Assembly (NCBI RefSeq): GCF_030144855.1
Contig: NC_082715.1
Location: forward strand, 145,142,001-145,182,821
Direction of reading: 5' to 3'
Length of the DNA: 40,821 nucleotides
DNA from: Hypanus sabinus
Taxonomy: Eukaryota
Positions 23,464 through 35,694 of this stretch are shown here, in pieces. Each line of letters opens with the position of its first letter. Within the stretch, counting starts at the first letter, position 1. Made by a program: the position numbers and the translations under genes. The notes under the pieces are model-generated. The model ran no database searches. It was not told where the DNA came from and saw only the letters and a program-made list of their open reading frames with translations.

Positions 23464-24879
23464 ACAAACGAATTTCATGTACAGATGTTAAATTTTTGAT
23501 TGTAGCTGACACATTTCGCAACCGGGAGAAAACAGGCATTGCGTCCGACTGGACGTTCTTAAATAGCATTCGGTCTGAAATAAATATCATACATGTAATT
23601 TTATCCCGAAGTAATTAAAATGTACCCAATCTACTGTGGCGTTTTTGTCCGACAAAAGCATTATTTTTCAACAGTTTGCATAGATAGTGAAGATGATCAA
23701 ACTTTGACATTCGATGAAATAAAGTAGACAAAGTCGCTATTGGGTAGGTTTTCCTCCCGTAGAAACCATAATCACTGTGACTACATCAGGACAAGTGGTG
23801 TAATTACTTGTCAGCGAAATTTACACACATAGTAAAAGAAATACTGATACTGCCTTTATTTGAACATCGTAGGCATATTCGATTTCCAGTTTTAGCATTG
23901 TATTCTTCATGGAAAAGGTTTTTCTACAGCTCGTCATATTCGGGAGACAAGGGCTTGTGTACCCTGTGTAAGCAGCAGCGCCGAGCAGAATAGCACTTAT
24001 TAGGGTTCAAACTAACGAAATTCTTGCTCAAGTGTCCTTCAGAACTACAGGCTTCATTTGAGGTGATTTGGGCTTCCGATACCTAACAAACATTGCAAAT
24101 GGTAGTCCAAAGCATTTCTAGTAAATACAGTTAGACGATTATCTAAAGCTATTTCGGGATTCAAAACAGTGAAGCACTGAAGATATCGCACCGACATTTG
24201 TACATTAGTTTGTACAATATATATGATGATAGCTTTCTGTGTGTAATGTAGAACACCGTGGCCATAGTATAGAGGTCGAGAGAACGGTATCCTAAACATA
24301 AGATAAATATGTTCAATATATAACGTAAAAGATCATTTTCAGCCGAATGAGAATATCCATTGTACTCACATCTTTCTAACAGGTTATACAAGTTGTTTTA
24401 TCTCGATTAGAAAAGAATAGCAAGAGCAAGTTTGCAACTAATCATTGAAATTCATACATGGGTTATTGAAACGGGGACATTAATATCACGTGGTCTTCAT
24501 CAGTCACTATGTACTGAGGCCGTTGAACTTGCCTTCTCTGATATGGAAGGCCTAAGGAGTTCTCTGTAACTTTACAGCTGCTCAGACCAACCATTGCTCT
24601 GAGCAGGACATTTCTACACGTCCTGTAAACTGCGCAGTACTTTAAAATCACATTATATAAAAGTAAATTCCAGTATCCCACCATAAAGTCTGTGTCCACG
24701 GAGACATTCCAGTTACTGCGCGGCAGGTGCGAGGTTGTACTTGGTGTGGCAGAGCATTCAGTGTTGTGATAGGACGATAAAATGACCAGAACTGCGCTGG
24801 GATATTTTGGCAAAGGGCGTGGCTCACTTCAAACTATACAGCGAAAGATATGAATGATTAAAATGCGTATACAGAAACG

Positions 24880-26240
24880 TTAACCATAGCATAGACCTTT
24901 TGACCCACGATCTTTTGCCCACATTTTAACCTAAACCAAGATCAATCCAACCATTCCCTTCCACAGAGCCCTGCAATTTTTTATTCATCCATTGGCCTCA
25001 GAGCTTCCTAAATGTCCCTGATATATATTTGCCTCTACCACCACACTGGCAGGGCATTCCACGAACATACCACTCTGTGTAAAGAATATACATCTGACAC
25101 CCTCTATATTTTCGTCCAATCAGTTTAAAGGTCTGCCCTCTCGAATATACCGCTTTCATCCTAGGTAAAAGCCACTGGCTATCCATTCTATCTACTCCTC
25201 TTATCTTATGCATCCCTGTCAGGTCGTCTTTCAACCGGCTTCATTCCAAAGCCAAAAGCCCTAGCTCTCTAAACCTATCCTGATAAGACATGTTCTCTAA
25301 TCCAAGCAGCATCATAGTAAATCTCCTCTAAACCCTCTCTACAGCTTCCACGTCCTTGCTATTCTGACCAGAATCAAACACAACAATGTAGGTGTGGTCT
25401 AACCAGAATTTTATGGAAATACAACATTAGCCGGCGGCCCCTGAACTCGATCCCTCGACTAATGCAGGCAAAATGCCTTCTAAACAGCCCTATTGACAGG
25501 CGACGCTATTTTTGAGGGATCTATGTGAGTGGACCCCAGGAACCCTTTGTCCTCTACACTGCTAAGAATCTTCTCTTTAACCGTGTACTGCGCCTTTGAT
25601 TCCACTCTTCCAAAGTCCATTATTTCACATTCTTCTGCATTGAAAGCCATCTGATACTTGACAGGCCAGCTACGCATCCCATCAATGATCCCATTGTAAA
25701 CTACAACAATCTTAACCACAGCACCAACAGCTTTGTGTCAACTGTCCCATCGCCCTGTCCTTGGATCATAGCTCTCCATACCCCTCCCTTCCATATTCTT
25801 TTGACATTTAAAACTTGTATTACACATTGAACTCGAATCGCATGCACTGCTTCCAGTGGCATCTCGTTCCACACTCTCACTACTCTCTGTGAAGAAGCTC
25901 CTCCTCACGTTTCCCCCAAACATTTCACCTTTCACTCTCAGCCCATGACCTTTAATTCTAGTCTCACCCAACCCGAGTGTGAAAAGCCTGCTTACATTTA
26001 CCCTATCTATTCCTCACATCATTTTGTATATCTCTATCCAATCTCCACTCATTCTCCTATGCTCCAAGTAAGAAACTGCCAACCTCTTCAACCTTTCCAC
26101 ATAACTTAGGTCCTCAGGTCAAGAAATCATCCTTATAAATTTCCTCGGTACTCTTTCAATTTTGTTGACATCTTCGCTGAAAGTAGGAAGGCGTCCAGAG
26201 CAGCACACAATATAGGAACGCCTTATTAACATCCATGTAC
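24880..26240 (-). mobile_element. CR1-like LINE fragments
   Basis: WPVKYQMAFNAEECEIMDFGR and ETRIKGHGLRVKG translations; 25445-26240 is paralogous to 6270-6993. Confidence 0.7.
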
Positions 26241-26747
26241 AGACGTCTGACAGACAGACAGACATACTTTATTGATCCCGAGGGAAATTGGGTTTCGTTA
26301 CAGTCGCACCAACCAAGAATAGTGTAGAAATATAACAATATAAAATCATAAATAATTAAATAATAATAAATAAATTATGCCAAGTGGAAATAAGTCCAGT
26401 ACCAGCCTATTGGCTTGGGGTGTCTGACACTCCGAGGCAGGAGTTGTAAAGTTTGATGGCCACAGTCAGGAATAACTTCCTATGACGCTCAGTGTTGCAT
26501 CTCGGTGGAATGTGTCTCTGGCTGAATGTACTCTTGTGCCTAACCACTACATTATTGAGTGGATGGGAGACATTGTCCAAGATGGCATGCAACTTAGACA
26601 GCATCCTCTTTTCAGACACCACCGTCAGAGAGTCCTGTTCCACTCCCCCCTCCCCCGAACTTCACTGGCCTTACGAACGAGTTTGTTGATTCTGTTGGTG
26701 TCTGCTACCCTCAGCCTGCTGTCCCAGCACACAACACCAAACATGAT
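26241..26747 (-). mobile_element. Rex/Babar-like LINE 3' fragment, unit-2-specific insertion
   Basis: MLSKLHAILDNVSHPL...PPRCNTERHRK translation, AATAAA plus (TCTG)n tail, flanked by ATGTAC at 26235-26240 and 26748-26753. Empty site near 6990-6995 in unit 1. Confidence 0.8.
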
Positions 26748-28998
26748 ATGTACGTCATATACACCCCTCTACTTTTCTTAACTTCTATAGTAACTTTCTC
26801 GAAAAAGTCAATCAGGTTCGTGAGACAGGAACAGCCCCTCAAAAAGCTGTACTGAATGTAATCAGATTATGCTTCTGCAAATGCACATAAATTCTGCCTT
26901 TAAGAATCAGTTCCAAAGTTTCACCACCACTGACATGAAGCTCCGGTCTATAATTCCCAGGATTATCCCTAATCCATTTCTAAAACAAAATAATAATATT
27001 TGAGACCCTCCAACCTTCTGCTACTCCTCCTGTGTATATTAACAGCGAAAAGATTATCACCAAGAGGGAACATACTCTTTCCTCGCTTCCCGTAGTAACC
27101 AGGGAATGCCCCATTCGGCCCCGGAGCATTATGTCGTTTTTTCAAAAGTCCGACAATATCCTATTTCTTTACGTCACATGTTCTAGCATGTCAGCCTGTT
27201 TTAGGCTGGCCACACATAAGTCAAGGTCCCTCTCAGTGGTGAACACTGAAGACATTAATTCATTAATTCATTAAGGAACTCCCCTAACTCCTCCGACTAG
27301 TTCCTCTTCTTTTACTCACTCTAGTCATCCGTCTGTTCTTCACCTACGTGTAGACGGTCTTGGCGTTTTCCTTAATCATACTCGCCAAGCTCTTCTTATT
27401 CCCCCCTTCTAGCTCTCATAAATTCATTATTCAGCTCCTTCCTGGCTGCATCGTAACCCTCAAGAGTTATGTCTAATCTCTCCTTCAAAAACCTTTAGTG
27501 AACTTTTTTTAATCCTCTTGTTGGGATGCTTCACATCTCTTGTCAACCATGCCTCCTTCACCCTACCATCCATGTTCATTTGGGAGAACCCTACCCAGCA
27601 CCCCATTAGCGTTCCCTACACAACTTCCACATTTCCTTGTTTATTTCCCTGATAATATTAGTTCCCAATTTCTGCTCACAAGCTCATGTCTAATAGCATT
27701 ATAACTCCCTCTCCTTCAAAACAGCTGCTCTTATCCCTCTCCAAGGTTATGGTAAATTAGGGAGTTGTGATTACCCACGAGCAACCAGACACCTGGCCTG
27801 TTCCATTGGCTAGCGCCAGATCCAGTAAGGCCTCTCCTCTAGTTGGCCTGTCCACATATTCAGGAATCCTTCATTAACAGACCTAACAAATTCTGCCCTG
27901 TCTAAATCTTTTGCATGTAAGCTGTGCCAATCATTATTAGGGAAGAGCGTGTTTTTGCAGCAGTCCAAAATCGACCTGCCGACCTACTCCTCGAAGTTCC
28001 TGTTGGGAGGTGTGCGCTGTACAATACTCCCATTAGAGTGACTGCAACTCCTCCTATTTCTGAATTCCACCCACTCTTCTACTTCCTCCGACTCCAAGCA
28101 CATAGTTCCTTTTCTTTTACTCACTCTAGTCATCCTTCTGTTCTTCACCTACGTGTAGAACGTCTTGGGGATTTCCTTAATCATACTCGCCAAGCTCTTC
28201 TTATTCCCCCCTTCTAGCTCTCTTACAAATTTCAGAAAGTCCAGTTCCACCCACCACCCCCCCCCCCGAACTTCTCTGGCCTTACGAATGAGTTTGTTGA
28301 TTCTGTTGGTGTCTGCTACCCTCAGCCTGCTGTCCCAGGACACAACAGCAAACATGATATATACGTCATATACACCCCTCTACTTTTGTTAACTTCTATA
28401 GTCACTTTCTCGTAACACTCAAGAGTTCTGTCTAATCTTTCCTTCAAAAACCTTTAGTGAACTTCTTTTATCCTCTGAGTGGGATGCTTCACATCTCTTG
28501 TCAACCATGCTTCCTTCTCCCTACCATCCATGTTCTACTGGAAGATGCTACCCAGAACCCCACTAGTGTTCCCTACACAACATTCACATTTCCTTGTTCA
28601 TTTCGCTGATAACATTAATTCCCAATTTCTGCTCACAAGCTTATGTATTATAGCATCATAATTCCCTCTCCTTCAAAACCATCTACTCTTATCCCTCTCC
28701 CAGGGATTGGTAAATTAGAGAGTTGTGATCACCCACGAGCAATCTGACACCTGGCCTCTTCCATTGGCTAGCACTAGATCCAGTAAGGCCTCTCTTCTAG
28801 TTTGCCTGTTCACATATTCAAAAATCCTTCACTAACAGACCTAACAAATTCTGCTCTCTCTAAATTCTTTTGCATGTAAGCTATGCCGATCATTATTAGG
28901 GAAATACGTGTTTTTGCAGCTTTCCAAAATCGACCTGCCGACCTACTCTACGATGTTCCTGTTGAGAGGTGTGCGCTGTACAATACTCCCATTAGAGT

Positions 28999-29132
28999 AC
29001 ACAAAAAGTACACTGCAGATGCTGTGGTCAAATCAACACATACAAACAAGCTGGATGAACTCAGCAGGTCGGGCAACATCCGTTGAAATGAGCAGTCAAC
29101 GTTTCGGGCCGAGACCCTTCGTAAGGACTCAA
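28999..29132 (-). mobile_element. 134-bp Penelope-like terminal-repeat fragment
   Basis: Absent from the homologous sites at 8271-8277 and in the 27227-28074 copy. Flanked by TAGAGT direct repeats (28993-28998, 29133-29138). Carries a hammerhead-type motif; family assignment from recalled similarity. Confidence 0.6.
29094..29129 (-). ncRNA. Degenerate minimal type I hammerhead ribozyme motif
   Basis: Minus strand AGUC-CUUACGA-A-GGGU(CUCG)GCCC-GAAA-CGUU-GACU: stem I AGUC/GACU, stem II, GAAA and palindromic stem III are present, but the core reads CUUA instead of CUGA. Confidence 0.6.
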
Positions 29133-30529
29133 TAGAGTGACTGCAACCCTTCCTATTTCTGAATTCCACCCACAGTGACGTGGGAACATCACTGTGGGAA
29201 CATCAGCTTTTCCTACCTTTGTGATAGCCATATTTTGGATCGGGAATGCGAATGGTTCCTCCAAGAATAAAAAGACAAATACATGTTATCATCGTTCTTT
29301 ACCTCATGGTTTTCCAATACCTTTCTTGATTTTCGAGCAACACGGGTGCGCGTTAAATGTTTCACAGAGATACAGACCGTAGTTTGATTAAGAGTCTTGG
29401 AATGCGCAGTATCTCTACGTTTTAGCAGATGAGGATTCTCCTGTTGTAACTTCTTCAGACATGTCATTTCCGTGCACTCCTGTACTGAAACATTGATAAG
29501 AGTCACATCAATGGCTAACGTGGAAAATAAACCTTTATGGTAGAGGTGTAATATCTTCCCTGATCTAGATTGCTATTACTAGATTTAATTGGCTAATTAT
29601 TCGGTCACAGCTGATGTTGATTAATCGTTTCGGCGCTGCTGAGCCATTACCTGTCTTCATCGGATGGACCATCATATAATCTCTTGTATATTCATTAATT
29701 CGTTGAACGCACTTATTAGAAGTCGAAGGAATTTCAATCAGTATTTGAATCTGCCTTGAACGAGGGCAGAATAATAAGTGATAAAATGTTGTCATGGATA
29801 GAAAATTGATTGACTGACAAAAAATGAAGTTCAGACATTAAAGGGCGAGTCTCTGGAATGATATATCTCACAATCTGTGAAACAATTCAGGTCCTTCCAC
29901 TTCGCTATGACAAAAACACAAATAGGTAATTACATTGTGAAGAGAAAGTCAAAAGGCTAGGGAGGGATACTGATAATCTAGTGGGTGAGCTAAAATCCGG
30001 CAAAGCAAAAAGAGGAAAAAGAAGAAAAGAGGGAAATAGAGTGACTGAGCTGGCATGAAAAATGCTTCAACAGCATATTTTCCAAACATTTGGAGATTGT
30101 AACCTTCCAAGTTGAAGAAGGATACGGGCATTTAGATCACGGTAGTATGTAATTCACAAAATGCTACTATTCAGGTGCAAGTAACTAAAAAGGCTGGGAT
30201 CATGTTAAGGGAATTATGTGCAAAATTTGGGGGTGTTATGCTTCGTGTGACAGGGAAATAAAGAACCAATTGTGGACTATGTACTGAATTCTTCTTACTT
30301 AAAAATTATCTGAATGTGTTAGAAGTTCAGAGGAAGCTTACAAGAACGATTTCGTTGGTGGTTCGGTATCCTAGGAGAAACTGTGTATAGGCTCGACTTC
30401 TATCTACTGGTGTTCATCAGAGTTATGGGACTTGACTGAAATCTAGTAGTCCTTAATAACAATACGTATGCTTCATAAACCTCGTAGTCCGAGGTTCTGC
30501 AGCTCGAAGGGCTCATGACAATACCTTCC

Positions 30530-30830
30530 GGCACCTGACGACCTGGGGAACCCGGGAGTAACACGAGACAGGCAGACCTGGGGAATCCGAGACTGGCGAT
30601 TCATCTTCCAACAAGGTTGGTCGTCTCGAGATAGACCTGATAAACTGGAGACAGACCTGAGGAACTTGAGATACTCTTGGGGATCCCGAAAAAGGACTGG
30701 TCATCTCGAGATAGACATTGATTAAATTTGGGAAACATGAAATAAATCTGGGGAATATAGAATAAAACTCGGGAAAATCGAATAGTCCTCGGAAGCCTGG
30801 AGGGTCATGGCAGGCCCAGGAACCTTTAAC
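30530..30830. repeat. Degenerate short repeat array, paralog of 9700-9960
   Basis: GGGGAACCCG 30545, GGGGAATCCG 30580, GGGGATCCCG 30679, GGGGAATATA 30750. Confidence 0.6.
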
Positions 30831-31899
30831 AACACTAAAATTCTTGATAAAAGCCTTTAATGTGGTCTCGGCAAGCTCTAAACGTGGACTCGGAATTTGT
30901 TCTCCATAAACTCGGAATGAAGGCTCGAGACAGTCGGAAACCGAAGGAACTCCGGACGCCGCTTTACAAGTTCCACTGGACCCTTATATCGCTGCGTTTT
31001 TTTAGTCACCGTGCAGACTGAACGCAAGTGCTGAGAAAGGACAGGCTGCCAAATGGAGTCAGCGATCTTGCTTTATTCATAAGAGTTCCAACTGACAATC
31101 GGCGGCTCGGTAAAGCGACAACGAGAGAACTAACATTCTAAAAGCTAGGGCCAGCGAAATTAATAATTGGAAGACTGCTTAAATAATTACCGTATCCGAA
31201 AACCCCATGTCAATCAAAATAAACTTTAATAAGTTTAAACAGAAAACGCAAGGTTTTAACGAGTGTCGTTAAGAGAACTATTCACAAATAAAGGCTATTT
31301 AGAAAATTTGGTGCCCAATGCTCTAAGTCTTCCTGCAAGGGGGCGAAGAACTTATAACATCCGTTGTTAGGTGGGAATCCTTTATCGCCTTACTTAAAGT
31401 ATGCACCATCATTCGACAGTTTTAAACCGAGCGTTCGTCTTCTCTTCTCGCTTCGGCATTAGTCTCATTGCTGCAAATTCATACTAATATCACCTTAAAT
31501 GGAATGTTTAGAGCTATGTCTGTCTTTTGTTTTGTTTATGTACTTACCAAAACAATCTAGTCGTTATCTCTCAGGAAAGTAAGAAAATCTTCATTCTTGT
31601 TTAATTAAAACGGGCAACATAATATCATACGATGCAAATAATTTTCCACACTTCATTCAGAATCAGTTAGCATTTTTCTTCCCTGCCAGCATTGCGCTAT
31701 GATGACAAGTGCTTCCATTTTGACATTTAACTATCCATGAAAAGTCACGGGAAAAAGAATAAAGATTAAATGATAAAAGGAGAAAATCTTTCTTAACTAA
31801 TAGCCAAAATAGAGAGGCGTCCAATCACCATGCCAATGGAACTGCAATGTAAGTTGGTCAGATGCCAGAGTGCATAGATGAGAGGTGGAATTAGTAGGT

Positions 31900-32165
31900 G
31901 TTTTCAAAAGCTTACAGTCTGGAAATCATAGAAGTTTCAAAGAACTCCACGGTATGAGCAACTGCTTTGAGCATCCTTTGAACTCGGACCCCAGGATCCC
32001 TCTGATCCTTCACACTGCCAAAAGTATTAACATTAATACTATATTCTGCCATCATATTTGACCTAAGAAAATGAACCACTTCACATTTATCTGGGTTGGA
32101 CTCCAGCTGCCAGGATTACAGCACGGAAACAGGCCAGCTCGGCCCTTCTAGTCCGTGCCGATGCT
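31900..32165 (-). mobile_element. CR1-like LINE fragment plus a short CR1-like tail piece
   Basis: 31900-32112 is paralogous to 11100-11310; it is followed by acagcacggaaacaggcc...tagtccgtgccg, which resembles the tails at 11550-11590. Confidence 0.6.
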
Positions 32166-32166
32166 T

Positions 32167-33423
32167 CCACTATTGGTTGTACTAATTGGCTACTATGTGA
32201 TGTGACAGGCCTCCAATTCGTTGATCTGTTATCTTGTAAACTCTGTCCATACCAGTAATGCACAATCTACATTCTTTCATACGTCTGATTGGACCGCGCC
32301 ACACAATAACCTTCATTAAATCCTTAATGAAGCGTTGTCTTAAACAAATCCAAAGAGCTAGCATTAGTGGTCACTTTATTAGGTACGCCTGCAGGTTCCT
32401 TAATGCAAATATCTAATCAGTCAGTCATATAGCAGCAGCTTAATGAACATGCAGACAATAGCAGCAGGTGTTGTGCGGACCAAACATCCGAATGTGGATG
32501 AAAAGTGATCTAAATTATTTTGAACGTGGAATGAGTGTTTGTGCCAAACGGGGTGGCTGAGTATCTTAGAAATTGTGGGTTCCCTGAGACTTTCACCCAA
32601 TAAAGTGACTCATGAGTTTATGTTCGTGGTCTTCTCCTCCTACAGCTTATTCACTTCGAGGTTCGACGTGTTGTGCGTTGAGAGCTGCTCTTCTGCACAG
32701 AACTGGTGTAACGCGTGGTTAATTGAGCTACTGTCGGCTTCCTGTCAGCTACATCCAGTTTGGCCATTTTCCTTAGTGCTCGCTCTTTAACTTTTTTTTG
32801 TTTGCTTTCGTATCATTCTCTTACACCCGAATGAAATGACCACTGACTGTATATGAAAGAGTATAGAACATTTCACAAACAGCAGCTCGCTGAAAGTGAA
32901 TAAGCATCGACCGACAGATATTACCGAGGTATGCCGGCTGGACTATTTGGATTGTGACTAGAATGGCAAAGTTAACGTCACATTCAGGAAGGACGGGAAG
33001 ATGAGAAAATGCACAAGGATTCATTCATACTGAATGCTGAATACAAAGAAATGAAGGTGGATGGCCTATTTTCCGGGCACGGAGACGAACAGGTGGTCTG
33101 AAAAATAATAAAGCAAAATTCTCCTGTGCTAGATGAATCCTGGCAAGATATTAGGGCAATGTGCATCCGACGAAACAAAGGTTTTTTTGCCACAATTGCA
33201 CGTTCATGATTATTGGGAATTATACTTCAAACTAAACGAATGGGGTGTGAGGTGCTCGTTAAATATTTTGGAATATTTTGGAACAACGTGTTCTTGCGCC
33301 AACCAAAGGACACTAAGAAGGAATTAGAGGCGGAGATTCCATTGGATTCAGTCGCAATTCCATTTATCAGAAGATCAGGGATGAGGCCGAGAGGCCTACT
33401 TCGTATCCTAAGTGTGACATGTC
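32167..33423 (+). repeat. Local direct duplication, copy A (about 1.26 kb)
   Basis: Colinear with 34427-35694 at roughly 80-85% identity by eye. Confidence 0.85.
32366..32790. mobile_element. Tc1-like DNA transposon derivative, copy A
   Basis: Terminal motif AGTGGTCACTTTATTAGGTAC and a degenerate transposase N-terminus; the 3' half appears inverted. Confidence 0.65.
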
Positions 33424-33429
33424 AGAAAC

Positions 33430-34025
33430 TCACGAAAAGTAAGAGTCCCAGAACAGATCCCTGAGGCACCACACAAGTAGCCGACCTCCATGCAGAATAT
33501 GACCCGTTTACAACCAATCTTTGTCTTCTGTGGGCAAGCCAGTTCTGGATCCACAAAGCAATTTTCCCCGTGGATCCCATGCCTCATTACTTTCTCAATA
33601 GGCCTTGTATGGGGTGCCTTATCAAATGCCTTGCTGAAATCCATATACACTACATCTACTGTTCTTCCTTAATCAGTGTTTTTAGTCACATCCTCAACAG
33701 ATTCAATGAAGCTCGTAAGGTACGACCTTCCCTTGACAAAGCCATGCTGACTACTCCTAATCATGCGATGCCTCTCCAAATGTTTATAAATCCTGCCTGT
33801 CAGGATCTTCTCCATCAACTTACCAATCACTGAGGTAAGGCTCACTAGTATATAATTTCCTGGGCTACGTTTACTCCCTTTCTTGAATAAAGAAACAACA
33901 TTTGCAAACCCTCAATCCTCCGGAAGACCTCTCGTCCCCGTTCAGGATGCAAAGATCATCGCCAGAGTCTCAGCAATCTCCTTCCTCCCCTCTCGCAGTA
34001 GCCTGGGGTACATCTCATCTGGTGA
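33430..34025 (-). mobile_element. CR1-like LINE RT fragment
   Basis: YMDFSKAFDKAPH...GICSGTL translation (33408-33650); continues the fragment broken at about 32112. Confidence 0.8.
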
Positions 34026-34426
34026 CGTAACATTCCATAACCTCAGAGTAGACAAATACTTGGTTGATTGCTGTAGCTAAACGATGTTCTGCTTGTCAAT
34101 CCATGGAACCAAAGCCTGCAACTGCTTCAGGTATATATTATTCCAAGCTACTACTGAAATGGCTCCGGTTACAGTTGTTATAAGTCTTTCTTATCCAGAA
34201 CAATTTCTCCATATCTATTTTTGGTTTTGTTTCGTATAGGGACTTTTAAAAGACATGCCAACAATATTATCACCTGTTTGTGAAAAGCGTAACATACCCT
34301 ACAAATCAACAGAGGAAGTGAGATGAATTGCTACGGTCTGGTTTATGTGATTTAGGAATCGCAAGAGGCACAAAAGAGCTATATAATTGTAATTCCGTTT
34401 TGCAGACATTTGGAAATGCAATCACC

Positions 34427-35694
34427 TCCTCCTATTGGTTGTATTAATTGGCTATCATGTGGCAAGCCTCCAAGTCGTTGATCTGTTACCTTGTAACCTG
34501 TGTCCATACCAGTAATGCTCAACCTACATTCTTTCATAGGTATAATTGGACCGCGCTGCACAATAACCAAGCCTTGTCTTGAAAACGCTGAAGAACAAGC
34601 ATTAGTGGTCACTTTATTAGGTACGCCTGCACATCGGTTCCTTCATGCAAATATCTAATCAGTCAGTCATAAAGCAGCAAGTTAATGAACATGCAGACAA
34701 GAGCAGCAGCTGTTGTTCAGACCAAACATCCGAATGTGGAAGAAATGTGATCTAAATTATTTTGAGCGTGGTATGAATGTTTGTTCCAGACGGGGTGCCT
34801 TGAATATCTTAGAAATTGCGAGTCTCGTGCGATTTTCATACAATAATGTGCCTCGTGAGTTTATGTTTGTGGTCCTCTCCTCCTACAGCTTATTCACTTC
34901 GAGGTTCGACGTATTGTGCGTTCAGAAATGCTCTTCTGCACAGACCTGGTGTAACGCGTGGTTAATTGAGCTACTGTCGCCTTTCTGTCGGCTTCAACCA
35001 GTTTGGCCATTCTACCTTGAGCTCGCTCATTAATTATTTTATTTTTTTTTTAATTTGCTTTTGTATCATTCTCTTAACCTCGAATAAAATTACCACTGAC
35101 TGTATATGAAAGAGCACAGGACATTTCACAGAAAGCAGCTAGCTGAAAGCGGAAATACAGGTAAATAAGCATGGACGGACAGATATTATAGAGGCTTGCC
35201 TGCTGGACTATTTGGATTGGGACTAGAATGTTAAAGGTAACGTCGCATTCAGGAAGGACAGGAAGATGATAAAATGCTCAAGGATTCGTTGATAATGAAT
35301 GTTTAATACAAAGAAATGAAGATGAATGGCCAATTTTCAGGGCACGGAGAGGAAGAGGTGGTCTGAAAAACAATAAAACAAAATTCTCCTGTGGTATATG
35401 AATCCTGGCAAGGTATTAGGGCAACCTGCATCCAACGAAACAAAGGCTGTTTAACATAATTGCACGTTCATGATTATTTGAAATTATACTTAAAACTAAA
35501 AAATTGGGTCAAGGTCTGTGAGGTGCTCGTTAAATATTTTGGGCTATTTTCGAATGACGTGTTCTCGCACCACCCAAAGGACACTAAGAAGCGATTAGAG
35601 GCGGAGATTCCTTTGGAATCAGCTGCATTTTTATTTATCAGAGTATCAGGCAGGAGGGCCGAGGGGCCTACTTCGTATCCTAAATGTGACGTGC
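34427..35694 (+). repeat. Local direct duplication, copy B
   Basis: Colinear with 32167-33423. Confidence 0.85.
34604..35030. mobile_element. Tc1-like DNA transposon derivative, copy B
   Basis: Same terminal motif; MWKKCDLNYFERGMNVCSRRGALNILEIASLVRFS resembles a Tc1 transposase N-terminal HTH. Confidence 0.7.

Larger units (their letters stand above)
26754..29240 (-). mobile_element. Rearranged CR1-like LINE remnants containing a local duplication
   Basis: Paralogous to 6994-8480; the segment equivalent to about 7520-8311 is present twice (within 27227-28074, and again at 28075-29175). Confidence 0.7.

Noticed and set aside
35145-35154. GAAAGCGGAA IRF-Ets composite-like motif
   Set aside because: Single short match, lost in duplicate copy A, with no supporting context.
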